Below are positions 1 to 9,892 of a stretch of DNA of 64,000 bases, piece by piece. The notes below the pieces were generated by a model, which was given only the letters and a program-made list of their open reading frames with translations, was not told the DNA's origin and made no database searches. The stretch covers positions 124,001 to 188,000 of the forward strand of contig JAQGDQ010002385.1 in the NCBI GenBank assembly GCA_030141605.1, read 5' to 3'. The position numbers and the translations under genes were made by a program. Each line of letters opens with the position of its first letter. Within the stretch, counting starts at the first letter, position 1. This DNA comes from Tubiluchus corallicola. Lineage: Eukaryota > Animalia > Priapulida.

Positions 1-1338
1 ACACTCCCTAATCATCCTTAAAGTCGAGCTCCCAACACCACGACGAGGAAGATTCACTATCCGCTCAAACGCTAAATCATCCGCAGGCTGATACGCAATT
101 CTAAGCCACGCAATCGCATCCCTTATCTCCTGGCGCTCATAAAAACGCGCGCCTCCTATAATACGATACGGTATCCCACACGCTATAAACTGCTCCTCAA
201 ATTCCCGCATCTGAAAAGACGCGCGAACCAAAACCGCAATCTCAGAAGCACGCGTTCCATAATTTTCTAAACAATTCTCTATCGCCCTCGCAACCTGAAA
301 CGCCTCTGCTTCCCCATCTCGAACACTCCTCACCAAAACTTTCTCGCCACCAGAATATACCGTCCACAACCTCTTCTTCCAACGGCTGCCATTATGATGA
401 ATTAAGCTTGCCGCAGCTCCCAAAATATGCTGTGTTGAACGATAATTCTGCTCTAGGCGAATAACCGTTGCAGAAGGAAAATCTTTCTCAAACCTCAGAA
501 TATTGCCGACCTCGGCGCCCCGCCAAGAATAAATCGACTGATCATCATCGCCAACACAACATAAATTACCATGTTGTTGCGCTAAAAGTCGAATCCATAA
601 ATATTGAGCCATATTCGTATCTTGATACTCATCAACTAGAATATAGCGAAACCGACTCTGCCAATGTGCTAAAATATCCGGCCTGCTCTGAAACAGATGA
701 ATGCACAGCATAACCAAATCGCCAAAATCAACCGCATTTAAAGATAAAAGGCGTTCCTGATAACGTGTGTAAACCTCCAAAGCCAGCTCTTGTTCTCGAC
801 CGCCCTTACGCTCGGAGTGCGTAATTTGCTCAGGAAGCAAAACCTTATCCTTCCAACGCTGAATTAACGACAAAATTAAACGAGGCGGATAACGCTTCAC
901 ATCCACAGAAAGAGACTGAAGCTCCTGCTTGACAAGGCGCAACGAATCATCCATATCAATAATCGTGAAATCACGCCCCAAACCAAGAACATGCGCGTTA
1001 TATCGCAAAATACGCGCCCCTAAAGAATGAAAAGTACCCATCCATAAAGCGTGAGCAGAGCGATCTGTCAGCTGAAGAACACGCTCCTTCATTTCATTCG
1101 CCGCCTTGTTCGTAAATGTCACAGCCATAATCTCACTCGGGCGTGCCAACCCCTGAAAAACCAACCATGAAAATCGCGAAGTTAAAACTTTTGTCTTTCC
1201 TGTTCCCGCGTCCGCGAGAACTAAAACAGGGCCTTCCGTTACCTCAACGGCCTGGCGCTGCGGTTCATTAAGAGAAGAAAGCATACGCTCCTCTTGAGCT
1301 TTCAAACCAGATTCTTCCTTAAAATCAAATAAATTCAT
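1..1338 (-). CDS. uvrD: UvrD/PcrA-family ATP-dependent DNA helicase (3' part runs off the window start)
   Basis: Not in the ORF track. Manual translation from ATG at 1338 gives MNLFDF...LNEPQRQAV...GPVLVLADAGTGKTKVLT...AVTFTNKAANEM, then DEYQD, VGDDDQSIYSWRGA and LEQNYRST motifs. Confidence 0.93.
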   Translation of the reverse strand, partial: MNLFDFKEESGLKAQEERMLSSLNEPQRQAVEVTEGPVLVLADAGTGKTKVLTSRFSWLVFQGLARPSEIMAVTFTNKAANEMKERVLQLTDRSAHALWMGTFHSLGARILRYNAHVLGLGRDFTIIDMDDSLRLVKQELQSLSVDVKRYPPRLILSLIQRWKDKVLLPEQITHSERKGGREQELALEVYTRYQERLLSLNAVDFGDLVMLCIHLFQSRPDILAHWQSRFRYILVDEYQDTNMAQYLWIRLLAQQHGNLCCVGDDDQSIYSWRGAEVGNILRFEKDFPSATVIRLEQNYRSTQHILGAAASLIHHNGSRWKKRLWTVYSGGEKVLVRSVRDGEAEAFQVARAIENCLENYGTRASEIAVLVRASFQMREFEEQFIACGIPYRIIGGARFYERQEIRDAIAWLRIAYQPADDLAFERIVNLPRRGVGSSTLRMIREC

Positions 1339-1379
1339 GATAGCTTTCCCACTCTTTAAAAAATAAACTGTCTCAGCAC

Positions 1380-1862
1380 TTATTGAACAAGCTCATCAAT
1401 ATGCTCATACGTTAAATTCCCTGGGACAATCATCATCGGAACGGTTAAATATCGGCTCATCTTCGATACTAACGTAGAAACAATCGGACCAGGGCTATCC
1501 TGATCAACAGCAGCCCCTAAAACTAAAACAGAAATAGAATTCTCGGCATCGTTAATAACTTTTAAAAGCTCCGTGACAACATCACCCTCTCGCATAAAAA
1601 TCTCCGGACGACAATTTAGCGAACGCTCCACCGCATCCGCAACATTCTGAAGAAAATACGCCGCCTCTTCATGACGCTCCTCCTTCATAATTTCTGAAAC
1701 CGCAACCCAATGCTCAAAAGCGGACGAGGACTCAATTGGATAAAATAGAGAAACACGTCCCCCTGTCGATACAGCACGGCGGCAAGCAAAATATAATGCC
1801 TTGTGAAACTCATCAGAACTGTCAACGACACATAAGTAAGTGTGATAAGATGATTCTCCCAT
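1380..1862 (-). CDS. Universal stress protein (UspA family)
   Basis: YLCVVDSSDEFHKALYFA, LVLGAA, PGPIVS and VPMMIVPG are typical of alphaproteobacterial Usp proteins. Start placed at ATG 1862 after an AAGGGG RBS. Confidence 0.88.
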   Translation of the reverse strand: MGESSYHTYLCVVDSSDEFHKALYFACRRAVSTGGRVSLFYPIESSSAFEHWVAVSEIMKEERHEEAAYFLQNVADAVERSLNCRPEIFMREGDVVTELLKVINDAENSISVLVLGAAVDQDSPGPIVSTLVSKMSRYLTVPMMIVPGNLTYEHIDELVQ

Positions 1863-2071
1863 ATATTCCCCCTTATTCAATAATTATAAACATATAATCT
1901 CAAAAACAACGGTCACAATTAAACTATATTACATAACTCAATATAAATAGATATATTGTATAATTAGCATCATTATGCTAATATTAATAGCCGTAAAAAA
2001 ACAATAAAACATAAAAATATTACGCTAACATACTAGCATTAAATGTATATAAAAAATTAAGGTAGGTTCTT

Positions 2072-4294
2072 GTGTCAAAATTACATTCTTTTCAACAGGT
2101 CGAAGTCATTGTCGCTGCTACACACGATGACCCATTCTCATTCTTGGGTATGCATCCCTCTCCTGACAAAAATGGAATCGTCGTGCGATGCTTTCATCCA
2201 GAAGCTGAATCTATCTACCTTACTGACAATCATAACACACTCGTTTCAACACACCCCTTCCAACGTATCCACCCTAGCGGTTTCTTCGCCATACATCTTC
2301 CAGATCAAACCCCTTTCTCATGGAAACTAAAAATAACAACTAAAAACGGAAAGACCTACCATGCGCACGAACCTTGGAAATTTTCATCACCCCTAGGCGA
2401 GATGGATATTTACCTTCTGGCAGAAGGAACGCACTGGAAAAGCTATAAATGCCTAGGCGCTCACCCAAAAACAATCGATGGCATATCAGGAACAGTCTTT
2501 GCCGTATGGGCGCCAAACGCAAAACGCGTCAGCGTCGTCGGAAGCTTTAATCAATGGGATGGGCGTATACATCCTATGCGAAAGCATCCTGGGTGCGGAA
2601 TATGGGATATCTTTATACCCCATGTGGAAAAATACTCTTCCTACAAATTTGAACTGCTTGATCATAATAATACACTCCTTCCCTTAAAATCAGATCCTTT
2701 CGCTTTCTATAATGAAAAACGACCTCAAACAGCCTCTATAGTCTATGGTCTCAATAATTTCCAGTGGACAGACCAATCATGGATACAAAAACGCCACGCC
2801 TTCAAAAATGGACAAACCCCTCTTTCCATCTATGAGGTCCATATCGGATCCTGGAAGCGAAACGGCCCAAAAAACGACTCTTTTCTCTCTTGGAAAGAGA
2901 TGGAGGAACAATTGCTGCCGTGGATCAAAAAACTCGGCTTTACCCATATAGAGCTTCTTCCCGTATCAGAACATCCTTTCGACCTTTCATGGGGATATCA
3001 ACCCATAGGGCTGTTCTCACCAACAAGCCGATTTGGAACACCTGAAGAATTCCAGTCCTTCGTGAATACAGCACACGAAAATAATATCGGCGTTATTCTC
3101 GATTGGGTTCCCGGACACTTTCCGTGCGACGGGCACGGACTCGCAGAATTCGATGGAACATACCTTTATGAACATCAGGATCCTAAACAACGCGAGCATA
3201 AAGATTGGGGAACTCGTATCTATAACTATGGGCGACACGAAGTCAGAAACTTTCTAATAGCGAATGCTCTCTACTGGCTTGAATATTTCCATATAGACGG
3301 GCTGCGCGTTGACGCTGTCGCCTCTATGCTCTACCTCGACTATAGCAAAAAAGAAGACGAATGGATCCCCAATACATACGGCGGACGTGAAAATCTTGAA
3401 GCCATCCACTTCATACAAGAGGCTAACCAGCAAATCCATATACATTATCCCGACGTCCTCACAATCGCAGAGGAATCAACCTCATGGCCTATGGTTTCTA
3501 AACCCCCTAGCGTCGGTGGCCTCGGATTTAATATGAAATGGAATATGGGATGGATGAACGATACGCTCCTTTATATTCAAAAAGATCCCATACACAGACA
3601 ATATCATCACCATAACATGACGTTCAGCCTCATCTATGCCTTTCATGAAAATTTTGTCCTCCCTCTCTCTCACGATGAGGTCGTCCATGGTAAAGGATCA
3701 ATGTTTTCTAAAATGCCCGGCGATATATGGCAACGCTTCGCAAACTTAAGGCTATATTATACCTATATGTATGGGCATCCTGGGAAAAAACTTCTCTTCA
3801 TGGGAAGTGAATTCGCACAGGAAAAAGAATGGGACGCGCAATATAGCCTCGATTGGCACCTGCTAGATGATAACCATCCGGAAGCTTCCTTCCGACACGG
3901 GCTGGTCTCTATGATCTCAAAACTCAACGCCCTGCATATACAGCAAAAAGCTCTTCATAAATATGACTTCTCACACGAAGGATTTGAATGGATAGATTGT
4001 AACGATCATAATCAAAGCATCTTCACATGGATCCGAAAAACAAAAGATCCAAAAGATTCCCTTGTAATCATATGTAACTTTACACCTGTCATCCGCTCCC
4101 ATTACAGAATCGGCGTAACACACAATAGTTTCTATAAAGAAATTTTCAACACAGATTCAGAACTCTATGGTGGAAGCGGGCAAGGAAACTGCGGCGGTAA
4201 ACACGCCGAGACAACCCCATACCATGGAAAACCCTATTCTCTATCAGTATGCCTTCCTCCCCTAGGTGCCATTATTTTTAAACCTGAACTATAA
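2072..4294 (+). CDS. glgB: 1,4-alpha-glucan branching enzyme
   Basis: FAVWAPNA, YEVHIGSW, WGYQP, DWVPGHF, GLRVDAVASM, AEEST and LSHDEVVHGK GH13 motifs; GTG start with AAGG RBS. Confidence 0.97.
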   Translation: MSKLHSFQQVEVIVAATHDDPFSFLGMHPSPDKNGIVVRCFHPEAESIYLTDNHNTLVSTHPFQRIHPSGFFAIHLPDQTPFSWKLKITTKNGKTYHAHEPWKFSSPLGEMDIYLLAEGTHWKSYKCLGAHPKTIDGISGTVFAVWAPNAKRVSVVGSFNQWDGRIHPMRKHPGCGIWDIFIPHVEKYSSYKFELLDHNNTLLPLKSDPFAFYNEKRPQTASIVYGLNNFQWTDQSWIQKRHAFKNGQTPLSIYEVHIGSWKRNGPKNDSFLSWKEMEEQLLPWIKKLGFTHIELLPVSEHPFDLSWGYQPIGLFSPTSRFGTPEEFQSFVNTAHENNIGVILDWVPGHFPCDGHGLAEFDGTYLYEHQDPKQREHKDWGTRIYNYGRHEVRNFLIANALYWLEYFHIDGLRVDAVASMLYLDYSKKEDEWIPNTYGGRENLEAIHFIQEANQQIHIHYPDVLTIAEESTSWPMVSKPPSVGGLGFNMKWNMGWMNDTLLYIQKDPIHRQYHHHNMTFSLIYAFHENFVLPLSHDEVVHGKGSMFSKMPGDIWQRFANLRLYYTYMYGHPGKKLLFMGSEFAQEKEWDAQYSLDWHLLDDNHPEASFRHGLVSMISKLNALHIQQKALHKYDFSHEGFEWIDCNDHNQSIFTWIRKTKDPKDSLVIICNFTPVIRSHYRIGVTHNSFYKEIFNTDSELYGGSGQGNCGGKHAETTPYHGKPYSLSVCLPPLGAIIFKPEL

Positions 4295-4319
4295 AATAAA
4301 AAATATCTAAGGAAAAAAC

Positions 4320-6470
4320 GTGCTCATTCAATCTACAAAAAAAAGAAACTTAAAAGAAGGAGAGCCTTATCCCTCCGGCGCGCGCGCAGATGAAAATGGG
4401 GTCAATTTTTCTCTTTTTTCCACACACGCAGAGAAAGTAGACCTATGCCTCTTTGACTCAACAGGAACAAAAGAAGAAGAACGCATCACCCTCCCCGAAT
4501 ATACAAACTATAGATGGCATGTCTATATCCCTGATCTCCCCGTGGGAACCCTCTATGGATGGCGTGTCCACGGATCGTACAACCCTGAAAAAGGATACCG
4601 ATTCAACCCCAATAAACTTCTTCTATGTCCCTATGCTCAAAAAATATCACATGCTGCGCAGTGGAACGAAATACAACATGGATATTCCTTCTATGATCAT
4701 CAGGGAGACCTCTCTTTCGATACACGCGATAGCGCGCCATTTATGCCAAAAGCTATTGTTTCATACCCTTTTGAGGACGCGCAAGAAAAACGGCCCTCCA
4801 TCCCTCTTAATCAAACAATCATCTATGAAGCACACGTTAAAGGAATGACCGCGCTCCATCCCGATGTCCCAAAAGATATAAGGGGAACCTTTAAAGGCAT
4901 GGCGCATCCAGCAATCATTGATCACCTGAAGAATTTAGGCATAAACTCTCTGGAGCTCATGCCAATCTTCCCAACAATTAATAACGGAAGGCTTCATGAA
5001 TACCAGCTAACAAACTATTGGGGCTATGATTCCATCAACTGGTTTACTGTCGATCCAAGATTCGGATCTATCGAAGATTTCCGCGCAATGGTGAAAGCCT
5101 ACCATAAGGCCGATATCGAAATTATCCTTGATGTCGTCTTCAATCACAGTGGCGAAGGGGATCATTTTGGTCCAACACTCAATCTAAAAGGCATGGATAA
5201 CCATAGTTATTATCACCTAATTCCAGAAAATAACCGCTACTACGCCAATGACGCGGGATGCGGAAATGTCGTAAAAGCAAGCCATCCAGCCGTATTGAAA
5301 ATGATCATGGACAGCTTGCGATTTTGGACAACAAAAATGGGGGTCGATGGATTTCGATTCGATCTAGGAGTCGCCGTTTCACGCAACCAGCAATGCGAGT
5401 TTGACCCCGCTTCCGCCTTTTGCAAAACCATCATGCAAGATCCTGTCCTGTCACAATGTAAACTGATTATAGAGCCTTGGGACCTCGGCATCGGCGGATA
5501 CCAACTCGGAAGCTTCTCAACACAATGGTCCGAGTGGAACGATCAATTTCGCGATCGTGTCCGATCATTTTGGAATCAAAATGGAGACCTATCTAATTTC
5601 GCTGACAGCTTCGCGGGCTCAAGCTACGTTTTTGAATATCATGGCCGAAAACCACAAGCCAGTATTAATTTCGTGACCTCTCACGATGGTTTTACACTCC
5701 ATGACCTAGTTAGCTATACCTATAAACACAATACCGGCAACCAGGAAGACAATCGCGACGGAACCAATAACAACCGAAGTTGGAATTGTGGCACAGAAGG
5801 AGAAACAAAGAAAAAAAATATCCTTGAAATCCGGCACAAACAAAAAAGAAACTTTATGGCAACCCTTTTTCTTTCTCAGGGGATACCCATGATCCGAATG
5901 GGCGATGAAATCTGCCACTCACAAAAAGGAAACAATAACGCCTATTGCCAAGATAATACAATCAGCTGGATCAACTGGGAGAATATTACAGACTCACAAC
6001 AACAGTTCATACACTTCATACAGCTACTAACACAAATACGACACAAATATAAATCCTTCCGAAGAGAAAAATTCTTTCACGCCATCCCCATTAACGGTAG
6101 TTCCGTTAAAGATATTAAATGGCTCCTTCCTTCCGGAGAAGAAGTCGATTTTTCCCACTGGCACGATTCATCTCTAAAAACTCTAGGCGCTTTACTGGGA
6201 GGCTCAACGCAAAAACGAAACTATATCGATAAAAAAGAAATTACAGAAACTCCTTTCCTGTTCATGATCAACGCGGGAATGAGTAAAAAAGAATTTCAGA
6301 TTCCATCAGTCTTCACAAAAATAGAACAATGGAACCTGCTGTTTGATACAGCCCTACAAACCAACCCACACGAAAACGACAACAAACTCCTATATGGCGA
6401 TACAAAAACAATATATCCCTTGCAACCCCACAGTTGCGCTCTTATGAAGCTAAAGGAGAATCATCCATAA
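4320..6470 (+). CDS. glgX: Glycogen debranching enzyme
   Basis: NYWGY, DVVFNH, DGFRFDL, EPWD, SINFVTSHDGFTL and QKGNNNAYCQDN motifs; follows glgB. Confidence 0.96.
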   Translation: MLIQSTKKRNLKEGEPYPSGARADENGVNFSLFSTHAEKVDLCLFDSTGTKEEERITLPEYTNYRWHVYIPDLPVGTLYGWRVHGSYNPEKGYRFNPNKLLLCPYAQKISHAAQWNEIQHGYSFYDHQGDLSFDTRDSAPFMPKAIVSYPFEDAQEKRPSIPLNQTIIYEAHVKGMTALHPDVPKDIRGTFKGMAHPAIIDHLKNLGINSLELMPIFPTINNGRLHEYQLTNYWGYDSINWFTVDPRFGSIEDFRAMVKAYHKADIEIILDVVFNHSGEGDHFGPTLNLKGMDNHSYYHLIPENNRYYANDAGCGNVVKASHPAVLKMIMDSLRFWTTKMGVDGFRFDLGVAVSRNQQCEFDPASAFCKTIMQDPVLSQCKLIIEPWDLGIGGYQLGSFSTQWSEWNDQFRDRVRSFWNQNGDLSNFADSFAGSSYVFEYHGRKPQASINFVTSHDGFTLHDLVSYTYKHNTGNQEDNRDGTNNNRSWNCGTEGETKKKNILEIRHKQKRNFMATLFLSQGIPMIRMGDEICHSQKGNNNAYCQDNTISWINWENITDSQQQFIHFIQLLTQIRHKYKSFRREKFFHAIPINGSSVKDIKWLLPSGEEVDFSHWHDSSLKTLGALLGGSTQKRNYIDKKEITETPFLFMINAGMSKKEFQIPSVFTKIEQWNLLFDTALQTNPHENDNKLLYGDTKTIYPLQPHSCALMKLKENHP

Positions 6471-6604
6471 TTTTTTAGAAACCTTCTATCACAAACAAAT
6501 ATTTACAAGCAAAATTTTATTTTGTATAGTAACTCAGGAGAGGGTTGTCTTTGTTATAAACAAACGAAAATAGCTATTTATAAAGATTAAAAGAGCGGTA
6601 CATT

Positions 6605-8233
6605 ATGGCACAGATCTCTGCTTACAGAACAATATTACCAGATCTTAATAACAGTGCTTTCCACCCCCTCATAGAAAGCATAGGATCTCATGATGCTGAA
6701 TCCATTTCTACAGATCAGTATTCATTGATTCACTGGGGTGATCCTCTTTATAAAGATTATCCTGTCCATAGCATACTACAGGATAAAAAATCTATATTTG
6801 GTCGCAGCTATATTCTTTTTGATAAAGGAACAGAGACGATTTACGCTTCTACTGATAGAATGGGTCTGTTTCCTATCTTTATCTTTAAAAAAGACAAAAG
6901 ACTCTTTATTGCGAACTCCATCCCTGCCATGGAGAAAATCGCTCATGATTATCTTCAGCCAAATATCCACTCAATTCTTGATTTATTAGCCTATGGGCAC
7001 TTTTTTAAAAATAGAACCACCTTCACAAACGTCAGAACAATGATGCCAGGCGAGACTATCACATTCTACCGCGCAGGAGAAACAGAAACAAAACGGCAAA
7101 TCATCCCTTCGACATCAACAGAATCCTGGAACTTTAACAGAGCCATAGATGCATTGGTCGCCTCGGTCGAAAATCTCTTTTCTCTCAATGAAGACGTCCT
7201 TATGCATATCACAAGCGGGCTGGATACAAGACTGATCCTTGCAGCAGCAATCGCGAATAACAAAAAACCACTCGCCTTGGTAACCTATGGACCCTCCAAT
7301 AGCCAAAACGCTCAAATCTCTCAAGACATTGCAGAGCTTCTTGACATTCCTCTCTATAAAGAAACACAACCCATAGAAAACCCATACGATTCTATCGAAA
7401 AAGCCGCTTTAGCCAGTGGGGGCTCTCTCGCTCTTCAACATACAAACTTCATCCTTAATCAGGCCCTCTTGGAAAAAACAAAAAATAATATCCTCGCCCT
7501 AGCGGCAGGCGGAAAAATATGGCGCGCTGTCTATTACGATAAAGAAAAGCTATCCTTTTCATTCAGACATTTCATCTCCCCAAAATACGCAGAACAGTGC
7601 ATATATGAACAATATCGCCCTACCATTGAGCCATTTTGTAAAGCCTTTCCTGATCTTGCCGCAAAATATCAAAATACGCTCCAGGCAAATATTGCTCGGT
7701 GGGTTTACAAGAAAAATAAACGCATGCCCGCGCATCTCATGGATGGATTTTATATAAGCGAGTATATGCAACATTTTACAATTCCTCGCCACCAGCTTTT
7801 AAACTCATGGTATGCGCACTCCTATCCTCTCATGCACCATGATGTCCTAGACGCCTTCCATTCTATGCCTATCCGATATCGGCTTAAAAGCACATTCCAT
7901 TGTGAGGCTATAAAAAAGCTCTCACCTGCCCTTGCTTCCATAAAATGGGACAGGATTATGCAGCCTGTTACCCAAAACATACACTGGTACCCAAAACTAC
8001 CATTTACTCTTCACAAAAGCACCCTGTGGAAGAATGAAGCAAAGTTACAAAGCCAATATTATCAAGATCTAGCCTCGCCATACCCTATAGATCTCCTCTA
8101 TACATTGCTTAAGCAAAGCGACATCCCCATAACAAAAGATACAAAGGACTATCTATCCCACCAAGCAAAAGGGCAAGCGCTAATGTTTGAAATATGGATC
8201 AAAAAACAATATCCTCACCTTGTTGACAGCTGA
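6605..8233 (+). CDS. Asparagine-synthetase-related protein with degenerate motifs
   Basis: TDRMGLFPIF (ARDxxGxxPL-like), ITSGLDTRLILAA (PP-loop SGGxDS-like) and AAGGKIWRAVYY (GxGGE-like). No N-terminal Cys. Confidence 0.7.
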   Translation: MAQISAYRTILPDLNNSAFHPLIESIGSHDAESISTDQYSLIHWGDPLYKDYPVHSILQDKKSIFGRSYILFDKGTETIYASTDRMGLFPIFIFKKDKRLFIANSIPAMEKIAHDYLQPNIHSILDLLAYGHFFKNRTTFTNVRTMMPGETITFYRAGETETKRQIIPSTSTESWNFNRAIDALVASVENLFSLNEDVLMHITSGLDTRLILAAAIANNKKPLALVTYGPSNSQNAQISQDIAELLDIPLYKETQPIENPYDSIEKAALASGGSLALQHTNFILNQALLEKTKNNILALAAGGKIWRAVYYDKEKLSFSFRHFISPKYAEQCIYEQYRPTIEPFCKAFPDLAAKYQNTLQANIARWVYKKNKRMPAHLMDGFYISEYMQHFTIPRHQLLNSWYAHSYPLMHHDVLDAFHSMPIRYRLKSTFHCEAIKKLSPALASIKWDRIMQPVTQNIHWYPKLPFTLHKSTLWKNEAKLQSQYYQDLASPYPIDLLYTLLKQSDIPITKDTKDYLSHQAKGQALMFEIWIKKQYPHLVDS

Positions 8234-8362
8234 TGGGTATAGCTCCATAACGAATGGAATTCTTCTTTTAAAATCTTTTAAATTATGTATAGTATAAAAA
8301 GATTTGATCGCTAATCTGATCATTCGTGTGGTTTTAATTCTTTATAATAGAGCGGGACATGC

Positions 8363-9892
8363 ATGAATCATAATATCCTTAAAACAGCAGAAACAGCTCC
8401 TAAGTCCAATCAGGGAACATCTCATGCATCTGATGCGAATAGTGGGAATTTTCGCTATCTACCCTATAATATTGAAGCGGAAAAGGCTCTTTTAGGCGCG
8501 ATTCTTCAAGACAATCGGCACATGGAGCGTGTATCTGACTTCCTGCAATCTAAGCATTTCGCTCTCTCACAACATGGTGTTATTTTCGAAAGCTGCAGTC
8601 GAATCATTGAAAAAGGACAAATCGCGAACCCAATTACTCTCCATGGATTTTTCGAGCGAGATAAACGCCTTAATGAACTTGGAAGCGCAGAGTATCTAGA
8701 AGAGCTTATCCTTTCCGCCATCAATATCATCAACCCTCTGGAATATGGAAAAATCATCCATGATAACTGGATGAGACGAGAGCTCATCTCAATCGGTGAA
8801 GATGTCGTCAATAGAGCTTATGATACAAACATTGATAAAGACGCTGTTGAACAGCTTGAGCAAGCCGAAAGTGAGCTTCATCATCTTGCAGAAACAAATA
8901 ATCGCGAAGGTGGATTCCAAAATTTCCGAACTTCCATTATTCAGGCCGTAGAGCTCGCGCAACGCGCCCATAAAACAAAAGGTGCCCTATCTGGAGTCGA
9001 CACAGGACTCCTTCCCCTTAATAGGATTCTCGGAGGGTTGCAGTTTTCCGACCTGCTTATTCTCGCCGCGCGACCTGCCATGGGAAAAACCGCCCTTGCT
9101 GTCAACATCGCTTCTAACGCCGCCAGCCTATGGCACCACTCCAACGGAGAAAAAGGCGGTATGACCGCTTTCTTTTCTTTAGAAATGTCTGCCGACCAGC
9201 TTGCCGCTCGTGTTATCAGTAGCACCGCAAAAATTCCCGGCGACCAACTCCGTAAAGGGCAACTAGATAACGATTCCTTCCAGAGGATGGCCATCGCCAG
9301 TCAGGATCTCTATGATACACCTCTCTTCATTGACGATACACCCGCCCTGACAATCGACGCAATCCGCTCACGCGCTCGGCGCCTTAACAGACAAAACGCT
9401 CGAAATAAAGCCCCCGGTCTTGGACTCATTGTCGTTGACTATATTCAACTCATCAGTGGCTCAAAGCGAACAGAAAACCGCGTGCAGGAAATCTCAGAAG
9501 TTACACGAGGGTTAAAAACGCTCGCAAAAGATCTAAACGTACCTGTCCTAGCGATCTCACAACTCTCAAGAGCCGTCGAAAGCCGCGACGACAAAAGACC
9601 ACAACTTTCTGACTTACGTGAATCCGGCTCTATCGAGCAAGATGCTGACGTCGTCATGTTTCTCTATCGAGAAGAATATTATCTCCAAAATCGCGCACCC
9701 TCTGAAGCCGACGAGCGCTACGAGGAAAAAATGCAAAAATGGCAAACCCGAATGGATAAAATCTATGGAAAAGCCGATGTGATTATCGCAAAAAATCGCC
9801 ACGGACCAACTGCTCGTATTGAACTGGATTTCGATAAGGCTTATTCATTATTTTCTTATAAAGATGAACGCTATGAAGGATATTTTCATTAA
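8363..9892 (+). CDS. dnaB: Replicative DNA helicase
   Basis: LPYNIEAEKALLG, AARPAMGKT, FFSLEMS, VVDYIQL, SQLSRAVE, DLRESGSIEQDAD and KNRHGP motifs. Confidence 0.98.
   Translation: MNHNILKTAETAPKSNQGTSHASDANSGNFRYLPYNIEAEKALLGAILQDNRHMERVSDFLQSKHFALSQHGVIFESCSRIIEKGQIANPITLHGFFERDKRLNELGSAEYLEELILSAINIINPLEYGKIIHDNWMRRELISIGEDVVNRAYDTNIDKDAVEQLEQAESELHHLAETNNREGGFQNFRTSIIQAVELAQRAHKTKGALSGVDTGLLPLNRILGGLQFSDLLILAARPAMGKTALAVNIASNAASLWHHSNGEKGGMTAFFSLEMSADQLAARVISSTAKIPGDQLRKGQLDNDSFQRMAIASQDLYDTPLFIDDTPALTIDAIRSRARRLNRQNARNKAPGLGLIVVDYIQLISGSKRTENRVQEISEVTRGLKTLAKDLNVPVLAISQLSRAVESRDDKRPQLSDLRESGSIEQDADVVMFLYREEYYLQNRAPSEADERYEEKMQKWQTRMDKIYGKADVIIAKNRHGPTARIELDFDKAYSLFSYKDERYEGYFH

Noticed and set aside
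468-713. 81-aa + strand ORF, and the many other short ORFs overlapping confident genes
   Set aside because: These are antisense or off-frame shadows (this one is opposite uvrD), with no recognisable motifs.
6471-8362. Lasso-peptide cluster around the asparagine-synthetase-like gene
   Set aside because: There is no precursor ORF, B1/B2 (PqqD-like/transglutaminase-like) gene or exporter nearby.
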